From assembly GCA_000526255.1 (NCBI GenBank), contig JAFS01000001.1:1243035-1267034 (forward strand): a DNA stretch of 24,000 nt. The letters run 5' to 3'. Position numbers and translations under genes: made by a program. Positions within the stretch are counted from its first letter, which is position 1. The number at the start of each line of letters is the position of its first letter. Source of the DNA: Verrucomicrobia bacterium LP2A (GTDB lineage Bacteria; Verrucomicrobiota; Verrucomicrobiia; Methylacidiphilales; Methylacidiphilaceae). Below the pieces are notes generated by a model. It saw nothing but the letters and a program-made list of their open reading frames with translations, ran no database searches and was not told the DNA's origin. Positions 1-7,663 of this stretch are shown here, piece after piece.

Positions 1-65
1 CCTCATGGCATCGAGGCGAGCGCCTCCTGAGGCTCCCCTGGCGCTATCGGTCTTTTTCGGCTATT

Positions 66-1802
66 GTGAATCAAAAGGATAGAATCGTCCGGCCAGCGAA
101 CAAGGGGAAGGATATGTTGCAACCCGTCGGAAGAAGAAAGAGGTCGGGCTGGCTGATCCTGCTCGCCGTAGCAGCTCTCGCCGCTACCGGGAGCCTGCTG
201 CTTCTCCAAAAGCGCGGTGCCGGACCGGCTCAGCACTACGACTTCTCCGTCGACCCCGACGCCTATCCGGACACGAAGCCTTCTGAGGTCGTCCACCTGA
301 AGGACGGGGAGAGCTTCTCGCTTTCGGCGGTCAAGGTGCAGGAGACCATCGCAGGAGCGAAGGTCAAGCAGCTCGCCTACAACGGCTCGATTCCCGGACC
401 CTTCTTCTGGGTTCCGCAGGGGGCCCATATCACCGTCTCTTTCGCCAACCAGACCGGGATCGCGACTACGATCCACTCCCACGGCTTGCGCCAGGACAAC
501 GCGCAGGATGGAGTACCGGATGTGACCCAGCCGGCAATCGCTCCGGGAGCCAGCTACGTCTACCATTTCCGCTTCCCCGATCCCGGGTTCTACTGGTATC
601 ACCCCCATTTCCGGGATGATTTCGAGCAGGAGCTCGGTCTCTTCGGGGTCTACATGGTCGAGCCCACCGAGAAGGACTATTGGGGCCCGGCCAACCGCGA
701 AGTTCCGCTGGTCCTTTCCGACATCCTGATCAAGGACGGCGTGATCCCCGAATATCATGCCGACTATATCAATTTCGCGTTCATGGGAAGATACGGGAAC
801 ATCCCGCTCGTCAACGGAAAAACCCATCTCGTGATCGACGTCAAGAAGGGAGAGGTCCTTCGCCTCTACCTGGTTGACAGCGCCTCGGCCCGCCCCTTCC
901 GGATCCAGACGCCCGGCGTCCAGATGAAGCTGGTAGGCACCGATGGGGGACGCTACGAGCGCGAGCAGTGGGCCGACGCCGTAGTTGTCTCCCCCTCGGA
1001 GCGGCAGATCGTCGAGTGCTACTTCCCGAAGGAGGGCGAGTACAAGCTCATCCACCACGCGGTCGATCCGCTGGTCGGCGCACGGACCTACGAGCTCGTG
1101 ACCTTCCGCGTCGGCTCGGAGGAGGCGAGCCCCTCCTTCGCCAAGGAGTTCGCAACCCTTCGGGAGAACAAGGCGACCATCGACGAGATGGAAGCACTGG
1201 CTACCCGCTTCCGCGACACGCCTCCCGACAAGACGATCCGTTTCCTCGTGTCGGTCTCGAGGCAGGCCGCCAAGGGGCTCGAGGAGCCGGGAAGCGCCCC
1301 TTCTGGCGCTCCGAAGCCGGGTGCGGCCTTTCCGGGACTCCTGACGATCCTGGCCAAAACCGGCGCCAAGGTCGAATGGGAAGACCACATGTACAATCAG
1401 AACAAGGCATCGACCTCGCGTGAAGTACACTGGCAGATCGTCGACCTCGACACGGGTAAGGTCCTGGGACAGAAGATGGAAAAGGGCATGGGCGACATGG
1501 GCGGCAACATCGACTGGACCTTCAAGCAGGGAAGCTTCGCCAAGTTCCGGATCATCAACGACATCCATTCGCTCCACCCGATGCAGCATCCCTTTCACAT
1601 CCATGGACAGCGTTTTCTCGTCCTCAACACCAACGGAGAGGACAACCCGAACAAGGCTTGGAAAGACACGGTTCTCGTCGGCGCGGGCGACACGGTGGAT
1701 ATTCTGGTCGAGATGAGCAATCCGGGAGCCTGGATGGCCCACTGCCATATCCTGGAGCATCTCCACAGCGGAATGATGTTTACCTTCGCCGTCGCGCCCT
1801 AG
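66..1802 (+). CDS. Secreted three-domain multicopper oxidase (CopA/PcoA/CueO-like copper oxidase)
   Basis: All four MCO copper-ligand motifs are readable in the translation: TIHSHG (HxH), WYHPH (HxH), HPFHIHG (HxxHxH) and HCHILEHLHSGMM (HCH..H....M). It has a hydrophobic N-terminal signal-like segment (WLILLAVAALAATG) and a Met-rich stretch (MEKGMGDMGG) typical of copper-resistance MCOs. The track start is GTG at 66; an ATG at 114 preceded by GGGGAAGGA is an alternative start. Confidence 0.9.
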   Translation: MNQKDRIVRPANKGKDMLQPVGRRKRSGWLILLAVAALAATGSLLLLQKRGAGPAQHYDFSVDPDAYPDTKPSEVVHLKDGESFSLSAVKVQETIAGAKVKQLAYNGSIPGPFFWVPQGAHITVSFANQTGIATTIHSHGLRQDNAQDGVPDVTQPAIAPGASYVYHFRFPDPGFYWYHPHFRDDFEQELGLFGVYMVEPTEKDYWGPANREVPLVLSDILIKDGVIPEYHADYINFAFMGRYGNIPLVNGKTHLVIDVKKGEVLRLYLVDSASARPFRIQTPGVQMKLVGTDGGRYEREQWADAVVVSPSERQIVECYFPKEGEYKLIHHAVDPLVGARTYELVTFRVGSEEASPSFAKEFATLRENKATIDEMEALATRFRDTPPDKTIRFLVSVSRQAAKGLEEPGSAPSGAPKPGAAFPGLLTILAKTGAKVEWEDHMYNQNKASTSREVHWQIVDLDTGKVLGQKMEKGMGDMGGNIDWTFKQGSFAKFRIINDIHSLHPMQHPFHIHGQRFLVLNTNGEDNPNKAWKDTVLVGAGDTVDILVEMSNPGAWMAHCHILEHLHSGMMFTFAVAP

Positions 1803-1961
1803 CTAGCCCTAGTACGCAGCGATCCTATTGCTTCGCGCGGTTCCCGCCATTATGCTCTCTTGGATAGTCCGGGGAAGAGGACGGCGTGATCGCGCGATCG
1901 CCCTCTGGGGCCTGCGGACCGCGGCCCGACGAAGACGGAGAGCGCAGAGCAAGAGGAGCCT

Positions 1962-2435
1962 ATGAGAGGAAGTAGAGCAAGTCATCGAATCCTGGTGGTC
2001 GTCTGGACCGTAGCGGCTTGGGCATCGGCGGCCGTTGCCGCACCCCTTCCTGCAGACCTCGACTCGGTGATGCCCCCCTACCTCGCGATGGGAAAGGCGC
2101 TCGCGGACGACTCGCTCAAAGAAATTAGCTCCCAGGCGACCGCCATGAAAGGCCTCGTCGAGCGCGCAGGAAGCGGCTTCTTCCCGAAGGAGCTGCCCCA
2201 AGACCTCGTTCGGCTCTCCAAGGCGAACGATCTCGATGCCGCTCGTCTCGCGTACAAGGACGTCAGCGACCGGCTGATCGCCCTCTTCCGGGAGCATAAG
2301 GTCCAGACCGGCCGCTATTTCGTCTGCACCTGCCCGATGGCGCAAGCGAGCTGGATTCAAGCCGACAAGGAGATCAAGAATCCCTATTACGGTTCGGCCA
2401 TGCTTCTCTGCGGCGATGTAACGGAAACCTTCTAG
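1962..2435 (+). CDS. DUF3347-like secreted protein (metal-associated family)
   Basis: N-terminal signal peptide (ILVVVWTVAAWASAAVA). The C-terminal motif YFVCTCPMAQASWIQADKEIKNPYYGSAMLLCGDV matches my recollection of the DUF3347 signature (CPM...W.Q....NPY.G..ML.CG). GAGGAG lies upstream of the ATG. It sits directly downstream of the MCO on the same strand. Confidence 0.7.
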   Translation: MRGSRASHRILVVVWTVAAWASAAVAAPLPADLDSVMPPYLAMGKALADDSLKEISSQATAMKGLVERAGSGFFPKELPQDLVRLSKANDLDAARLAYKDVSDRLIALFREHKVQTGRYFVCTCPMAQASWIQADKEIKNPYYGSAMLLCGDVTETF

Positions 2436-2503
2436 CCTGGTCGCCTTCTGTTACGGGTTGCGGCGCGAAGAGCAGCACTCTCCTCAACTGGAGGCTAAGA
2501 GAC

Positions 2504-2548
2504 AAAAAAGGCCCATCGGCTCTCTGTTCGTGACTCGATGGAGCCGAT
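2504..2548 (-). terminator. Candidate intrinsic terminator (minus-strand sense)
   Basis: 8-bp stem ATCGGCTC (2515-2522) / GAGCCGAT (2541-2548) with an 18-nt loop. On the minus strand it is followed by GGGCC and then T6 (the A-run at 2504-2509 on the plus strand). The U-tract is offset 5 nt from the stem, so this call is weak. Confidence 0.3.
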
Positions 2549-2734
2549 TGTCTTGAAGACGAACTGAACTACGTTTTGATCCTTAAGTGGGTACGCCAGA
2601 TTTGGCAACACCCTCTTAAGTTATCGCCTTGCGCTACTCGCGCCAAGGGCCACAGACCGCCTGCCCGTTTCGAGCTATTTCTACTCGATCCGGGCAGACC
2701 GCCTGCAAAATCGTTCCGACTTGCGCGAAGGTGG

Positions 2735-2803
2735 TTAGCCCTTGATCGCAAAAGCCGCGACGAAAATCAGCATCCAACAAAGGACGAGCCAGATTGCACC
2801 CAT
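2735..2803 (-). CDS. Unannotated 22-codon hydrophobic sORF (MGAIWLVLCWMLIFVAAFAIKG)
   Basis: Found by hand translation of the minus strand. The context is aagaGGAGGAGagatatATG, with the SD core about 8 nt from the ATG, followed by 22 sense codons and TAA at 2735-2737. The peptide is a single predicted TM helix. It is too short for the supplied ORF track and lies in an otherwise non-coding stretch of about 900 bp. Confidence 0.3.
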   Translation of the reverse strand: MGAIWLVLCWMLIFVAAFAIKG

Positions 2804-3355
2804 ATATCTCTCCTCCTCTTCCTGCAGCGGGTTGCGTGCTTTTCCTCCCACTTCTGGTGGGCGATGCCGCAGCCCGTTCCGATGCGCTTAACTTTGCCTA
2901 ACGGACGCGCGGCGCGCAAGAAATTTGTGCTCTTGGACTGCAACGAAGGGAATGGAGCGAGCCGACCTTCCGGAGGGTCCCGGTGAGCGAGATTGAATCT
3001 ACGGGAAAACTGCCGCTACGGGAGGGGACCTTCCCCGAGGCAGCCGCCTCCCCCGCGGAAGCCGTCCGAAAGGCCAACTTTCTTCCTCGTCAGGATCATT
3101 CTTGCATTTCCAAGCCGGGAAACTTTGCTAGGTTAGTCCTTATGGTTGCCAATCCTAAATGGCCGCCCCCGGGGGGAGACGGAAGCGACACGAATTTTCG
3201 CAACCTCTTGATCTTTCTTTTCGTCGTGATCACCCTCACGGTCATTCGATTAGCCTACGAGCTGACGGGCGGATTGGGCTTATTTTCGCCCGCCCAGTGG
3301 TAGCTCAGCAGTTCCACCGGCGGAGCTCGGAGCGTCCTGGCCTCGCCGCAGGCAA

Positions 3356-3553
3356 TTATGGGCGGTGGCTTCGCGCGAGGAAGGCGAGCAGGGCTAGCAG
3401 AAAGCAAAGGCCAAGGATCACAGCCAGATCGCCGCGAAGCCGTGCCGGCTCACGCTTCCAACTGTAGGCCGCCCGCAGTCCGTAAGCGGCCAAAAGAAAG
3501 AGCAGGAAGCCGCCGGCACCACTGAGGAGGAGACGCCAAAGCCTCTCGCTCAT
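3356..3553 (-). CDS. Small two-TM membrane protein, hypothetical
   Basis: 65-aa ORF with two hydrophobic segments (LLLSGAGGFLLFLLAAYGL; LAVILGLCFLLALLAFLA). A weak GAGAGGG lies upstream of the ATG. It begins 42 nt downstream of the preceding minus-strand gene. I recognise no family. Confidence 0.4.
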   Translation of the reverse strand: MSERLWRLLLSGAGGFLLFLLAAYGLRAAYSWKREPARLRGDLAVILGLCFLLALLAFLARSHRP

Positions 3554-3595
3554 CAGCGCCCTCTCGGCCTGCGCGGAAAACCCGGTCCGACGAGC

Positions 3596-4210
3596 CTACT
3601 TCGCCTCATTCGGAGCCGCAATCGGCCCTTTCTTCGCAGAGCCGTCCGCTCCGATCGTAAGCTCCTCTCCGCCATGGAGCCCATATTGCTCCTTCTTCGC
3701 CCCGACCGTCACCGCTGCCTCTCCCGTTAGGACCTCCATAACTTCCTTTCCCTGCTTAAGGAAGATCGAGTAGCTTCCCGCCTGCTTGCTCGTCATCGTC
3801 GACTGAGGGGTAGCTACCTCCACATCCTTGCCGGTGAAGCGGATCTTGCCCGCCGCGAGCCGGAAGCGGATCGGATTTTCTCCTACCAGCTCGGCGTTGC
3901 TCGATGGCTCGACAACGATCTTGTCCGGGCTACCCGCCCAGCCAAGCGTGCAGGTAGCGAAGCTGTTCGTCCGGATGATCCGGCCCGCTTCCAAGGCGTC
4001 ACCCTCGCTGAGCTGAACCGCGTAGTTGGACGTCGCCAAGCCGGTCCCCTCGATTGAAAGCACCTGCGCCCCGAACGCGGCGCAAGGGGCAAGCAGCAGC
4101 GCGAGCATTCCCGCCACCGACACGCAGGGCGATCGTCTTCCACCGCTTCGGTCCGACGGATGATTCCTCTCTCCACTTCTCTTCCCCGCCATTCGCGTTT
4201 CCCATTCCAT
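3596..4210 (-). CDS. Secreted protein, FecR-domain-like, hypothetical
   Basis: I trimmed the track ORF (3596-4444) to the ATG at 4210, which follows AAGGAGG with a 7-nt spacer. A signal-like segment (MLALLLAPCAAFGA) is followed by a beta-rich region whose pattern (LSEGDALEAGRIIRT...FRLAAGKIRFTG...) resembles FecR/DUF4974-type domains. The family assignment is from memory only. Confidence 0.55.
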   Translation of the reverse strand: MEWETRMAGKRSGERNHPSDRSGGRRSPCVSVAGMLALLLAPCAAFGAQVLSIEGTGLATSNYAVQLSEGDALEAGRIIRTNSFATCTLGWAGSPDKIVVEPSSNAELVGENPIRFRLAAGKIRFTGKDVEVATPQSTMTSKQAGSYSIFLKQGKEVMEVLTGEAAVTVGAKKEQYGLHGGEELTIGADGSAKKGPIAAPNEAK

Positions 4211-4432
4211 CGCACTTCCTCCTTTATTTCTTTTCGGCGCCCGCCTCAGCCCTAGACGAGATTGCACGATCGGGCCGATCCCAGACTCCATACCGGGAAC
4301 GTTCCTAATGCATTTGCACGCAACATAGCAATCACGACGTGCATTCTTGGCGCTCTTTCCGAGCGTCCGTCGCGGCCATCGCGCTCCATTCTTTTCGGGT
4401 TTCCGCCGATCGGTGCCCAATGTCGAGGCGAA

Positions 4433-4484
4433 CCAAAAAAGCACGCGCCCTTCGTCCCCCGGAAAGGGAGGCGAAGGGCGCGCT
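4433..4484 (-). terminator. Rho-independent terminator downstream of pmoB (copy 1)
   Basis: GC-rich stem CGCGCCCTTCG (4444-4454) / CGAAGGGCGCG (4472-4482), about 35 nt past the pmoB stop. The plus-strand A-run at 4435-4440 gives a U-tract on the minus-strand transcript. An identical element follows pmoB copy 2. Confidence 0.75.
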
Positions 4485-4516
4485 TGTTTCAGTTCTTTCG
4501 AATGAACCGGAGGAAC

Positions 4517-5764
4517 TTACATCTGCGTCACGCCGAACCTCGGAATCACGAGCTGATCGGCGACAGCGATGATGCTCCGCGCCCCGGTCGGGTCGCTGAA
4601 GAAGAGCAGACCGCCGAAACGATTCGTCGTCTCGTGGTACATCGTCAATCGCTGGTTCTCCCACTCCGCACTCGCCAGCACCACTTCGAGCACCTTGGTC
4701 TCTCCGGGCGCAACCGGCTCGGAGGGAGTGATCTTCATCGCACCTCCATAGACCTCGGGGAAGTCCGGATTCCAGGTATTCCCCGGAACCTGCTCGTTGA
4801 GGAAGCGTACATTGGCGGTGGTGAACTCCTTGAGAACCAAGGGCCGATCTCCGGTGTTGTGCACTTCCACCCGGAAGGCGAGCGTACGGCTCGGCACATC
4901 GTAGGTCGCATCCAGCACCTTCGCCTCCACGCGGGAAGGCTCGGGCGGAAGCGGCGCGTTACGGATGATCGTCTCCTGAATCGGAATCGTATGCGGGAAC
5001 TGCGACGCGGTCATCACGTTCGCCACCACGATCAGGCCGATCGTGCCCAGAGCAAAGACTACCGCCACGGTCTTATCCGCACCGCTGATCAGCTCCTTTG
5101 CCCGTCCAGCCGCGACCACTCCCAACCGCGAGGTGAAGGGCCTTCCCACCCAGAACCCAAGCCAGGCCACCCCAATCAGGGTGGTCACCAGGGTCCACAT
5201 GAGCATCCGGCTCTGTCCGTAGTTCTCCAGGTTGACCGTGTTGCCCAAGAGCGTCTTGATCGGATTGGTGAAGCCCTCGTGGCTTCCCTCGACGTCGACG
5301 TAGATGGACGGCCCGATGAGCGGACCCGCATCCTTCATGCTCAGCATGATCCCAACCGGCCAGTGACCCGGATACCGCGCCTTGGCGATCGTCTTGTACT
5401 CATAGGTGCCGCCAAGCTCCAGCAGCTCCGAGCAGGACATGAACCGATTGTTGATCCATGTACCTTCCCGCAGAAACTGGGGCCCGGGGACGAAGAAGTT
5501 GAGCCAGGAAATGCCCGAGAAGGCGATCTCCTTTGGCCAGATCGGCAGAAGCTGAAACTTCCCCGTCACCGTCATGTCGTCCCCAACCTTGAACTTCCGT
5601 CCGGAAAACTGGGTGTCGTAGAAGATCACCGTCCGCATCCGAAGGAAGCCCTCCTGCGACTTTTCGCCCAGAGCCCAAAGGCGGTTCGTCGGACCTGCCA
5701 GGATCATCCCCAGCAGGGCCAAGGCGCCCGCTCTCCCCATCATCCGCATTACTCTCTTTCTCAT
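4517..5764 (-). CDS. pmoB: Particulate methane monooxygenase subunit B (PmoB), copy 1
   Basis: Start set at the ATG at 5764 (MRKRVMRMMGR...), preceded by GAGGAGGAAGG. A signal peptide is followed by ALGEKSQEGFLRMRT, compared with AHGEKSQAAFMRMRT in Methylococcus PmoB. The protein has two cupredoxin-like halves separated by two TM helices. It is the last gene of a C-A-B arrangement. Confidence 0.95.
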   Translation of the reverse strand: MRKRVMRMMGRAGALALLGMILAGPTNRLWALGEKSQEGFLRMRTVIFYDTQFSGRKFKVGDDMTVTGKFQLLPIWPKEIAFSGISWLNFFVPGPQFLREGTWINNRFMSCSELLELGGTYEYKTIAKARYPGHWPVGIMLSMKDAGPLIGPSIYVDVEGSHEGFTNPIKTLLGNTVNLENYGQSRMLMWTLVTTLIGVAWLGFWVGRPFTSRLGVVAAGRAKELISGADKTVAVVFALGTIGLIVVANVMTASQFPHTIPIQETIIRNAPLPPEPSRVEAKVLDATYDVPSRTLAFRVEVHNTGDRPLVLKEFTTANVRFLNEQVPGNTWNPDFPEVYGGAMKITPSEPVAPGETKVLEVVLASAEWENQRLTMYHETTNRFGGLLFFSDPTGARSIIAVADQLVIPRFGVTQM

Positions 5765-5781
5765 CGTCTTCCTTCCTCCTC

Positions 5782-6546
5782 TTAGGCGTGCTTGACCTCG
5801 GTAGAAGCCGACTCGTAGGTCTTGAAGAACTTCGTGCTGCCGAAGAAGTGAGCACCCATGAGCCACCAGGGCACGTACATGCAGACCGAGACGAAGGCCG
5901 AGAAGAAGGCGGCCACGCCGGTCACCCCTCCCGCGAAGCTTCGCATCGTTCCCGTCTCCACGATCCGGAGATATTCCGGCGTCGAGGTACGGACATACAT
6001 GTAGTTGATCACGTCAGCGACGCTCATCAGTGAGCCCTGATACTCGACCGGCAGGTGGAACGGCGCAATCATCACCCAGTTGGTCGGGTAGAAGAGCCAG
6101 CCCCAGAGCTCGCCTCCCACCAGAGCGGTCACAATCCAGTTGCCGGTCAGCATCAACACGATGTCGAGCACGACCGCCGCCGGGATGAAGGTCTCCGGGA
6201 AGACGAAGTTGAGCGGATAGTGGGTCCATCCATTGAAGTTGATGTACCGGTTCATCCACTCGCCAAAGAGCAGGCCCAGGCAGCAGAGCGTAGCCCCGAT
6301 CGGCATCCGGAACCTCGTCCACAGAACCGCCTGCACCGCCGCCGGGAAGGTGATCTCCATGATCGGAGCCACGATCGGCCACCAGTTCCGATCTTTCCAG
6401 TCCACCCAGAACGACCAGTCTCCCGCCACCAGCATCTGATGGACATGGAAGCCCGCGATGAGCGCCAGGAAGGTCGACAGGAGAACGACGACGTCGAACT
6501 TGCGTGCGACCGCCTTCGCCTCCGCGTCTACTTGCGAATATTGCAT
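5782..6546 (-). CDS. pmoA: Particulate methane monooxygenase subunit A (PmoA), copy 1
   Basis: 254 aa. Segments conserved in PmoA/AmoA are present: GDWSFWVDWKDR, FPAAVQ, GEWMNRY, NFVFP, HLPVEYQG, RTSTPEYLR. The SD GAGGAGGAAAG lies 6 nt upstream of the ATG. Confidence 0.97.
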   Translation of the reverse strand: MQYSQVDAEAKAVARKFDVVVLLSTFLALIAGFHVHQMLVAGDWSFWVDWKDRNWWPIVAPIMEITFPAAVQAVLWTRFRMPIGATLCCLGLLFGEWMNRYINFNGWTHYPLNFVFPETFIPAAVVLDIVLMLTGNWIVTALVGGELWGWLFYPTNWVMIAPFHLPVEYQGSLMSVADVINYMYVRTSTPEYLRIVETGTMRSFAGGVTGVAAFFSAFVSVCMYVPWWLMGAHFFGSTKFFKTYESASTEVKHA

Positions 6547-6573
6547 TGGTTACTTTCCTCCTCTGCAAGAGTG

Positions 6574-6596
6574 GGGGCGGGGTGGCACCCCGCCCC
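6574..6596 (-). promoter_or_regulatory. Intercistronic GC-rich stem-loop between pmoC and pmoA (copy 1)
   Basis: GGGGCGGGGTggcACCCCGCCCC forms a perfect 10-bp stem with a 3-nt loop in the 106-nt pmoC-pmoA spacer. No U-tract follows in the sense orientation, so it is more likely an mRNA processing or stability element than a terminator. It is identical in copy 2. Confidence 0.55.
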
Positions 6597-6652
6597 TCTT
6601 CTTGCTTTCGTGTTTTCTTCTTTTTCCGATTCTCTCGGTCCCTTACGTGGGC

Positions 6653-7492
6653 CTACATCGCGCAGGCGACGCAAGCAGCGGGATCGCACGAGCTTTGCGG
6701 ATCCTTCATCACCTCAGCCGGGCTCTGAATCGGCTTGCCGTAGTAGATGTGGTTGATCAACGCCAGGACCCGCGGGCAAATCTGCAACCAGGTTCCGAGG
6801 ATCGCCAGCGCACCCCAGCCGAACGTCACGAAGCCCCAGTGGAGTGGAGCCACGAAGAGCTCCTCCATGAACCACCGGGTGTGGCCGAACTCGTTGAGTC
6901 CGACATTCGGGAAGATCATCGCCGGAGAGCCCACCAGGATCACATAGGGCAACGAAAATGCCTTAGCGAACTGGGGCAATCGGGTCATCGCGTAGACAAG
7001 CGAGCCCACACCGAAGATGATGTAGATGGGATAGCTCTGGTAGAACTCGATCACGTGGCTCGGGGTGAAGTCGGTATCCCGAATCACCGTCTGGTGCCAA
7101 GTACCGTCCTGCTCCGTGAAGTAGCTGGCACCCGCATACGCCGCATAGGTATAGGTCACGACAAAGAGTGCCAAGGCCCAATACCGCTTGAGCTCTTCTG
7201 CCGGGGAGAGGCGGTCGAGCGCCCGATCCCGCGTCATCCAGAGCCAGCCCCACAGCGCACCCGCCGTGATCGCTTCCATCACAAGCTCCGCGAAGAGCAT
7301 GCTCATCCAGTAGGTTTCATAATCCGCCGACGTGTAGTCGAGGCCCTTCGTCAAGGCAAAGAGCCTTTCGTACACATTGATCAGGACGTCAAAGACAATC
7401 AACGCGCCGATCGCAATCCCCGCACTTTTCCAGGAAAAGGCGGTAAGCGGCGGACGCGCGACAGCCGTTGCCGTCGTTTGTGTCTGTGCCAT
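6653..7492 (-). CDS. pmoC: Particulate methane monooxygenase subunit C (PmoC), copy 1
   Basis: Start set at the ATG at 7492 (MAQTQTT...), preceded by AGGGAGA. Conserved PmoC/AmoC blocks are present: WHQTVIRDTDFTPSHVIEFY and FGHTRWFMEELFVAPLHWGF, which contain the Asp/His/His metal-site residues. It is a multi-TM protein and the first gene of the operon. Confidence 0.95.
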   Translation of the reverse strand: MAQTQTTATAVARPPLTAFSWKSAGIAIGALIVFDVLINVYERLFALTKGLDYTSADYETYWMSMLFAELVMEAITAGALWGWLWMTRDRALDRLSPAEELKRYWALALFVVTYTYAAYAGASYFTEQDGTWHQTVIRDTDFTPSHVIEFYQSYPIYIIFGVGSLVYAMTRLPQFAKAFSLPYVILVGSPAMIFPNVGLNEFGHTRWFMEELFVAPLHWGFVTFGWGALAILGTWLQICPRVLALINHIYYGKPIQSPAEVMKDPQSSCDPAACVACAM

Positions 7493-7663
7493 ATCGTTTT
7501 TTTCTCCCTTTCTACCACTCTGCTTCTCTGCGCCCCGGATGCACCCTCCAAGGCGCGACCGCCAACCTACAGGGAGGACGGTCAAAAACCGCCCGGCCTT
7601 TCGCCAAACGGTATTTCGCAAGCAACCGTAACGCAAGACGGTCTTATGGCAAGGAAATTTCCG

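Larger units (their letters stand above)
4436..7575 (-). repeat. pmoCAB duplication unit, copy 1 (near-identical to 7822-10961)
   Basis: Base-by-base comparison at the edges shows identity starting at 4436/7822 and ending at 7575/10961. All three gene pairs are offset by exactly 3386 nt, so there are no indels across the unit. Confidence 0.95.

Noticed and set aside
3297-3330. GTGGTAGCTCAGCAG resembles the start of a tRNA (acceptor end plus D-arm TAGCTCAG).
   Set aside because: The putative D-stem would close a 16-nt loop, and no anticodon or T arms follow, so it is not a tRNA.
3596-4210. Whether the gene downstream of pmoB copy 1 could be pmoD, which follows pmoCAB in proteobacterial methanotrophs.
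   Set aside because: It is separated from pmoB by a strong terminator. It lacks the C-terminal TM helix and the Cys/Met/His copper motif expected for PmoD, and it looks FecR-like instead.
4296-4305. A perfect 10-bp palindrome GGAACGTTCC upstream of the FecR-like gene.
   Set aside because: Perfect 10-bp palindromes are expected about 20 times by chance in 24 kb, and there is no supporting context.
4262-5785. Very long ORFs opposite real genes. Examples are 4262-5785 and 7759-9171 (+, opposite pmoB), 6458-7762 and 9865-11043 (+, opposite pmoC), 3-1766 (-, opposite the MCO), 15493-16704 and 16930-18381 (+, opposite nirK/nnrS), 19581-21740 (+, opposite katG) and 22476-23915 (+, opposite fdh).
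   Set aside because: Their translations are Arg/Pro/Gly/His-rich and low in complexity, with no recognisable motifs. The opposite strand in each case encodes an unmistakable conserved protein. Open antisense frames are expected in GC-rich DNA.
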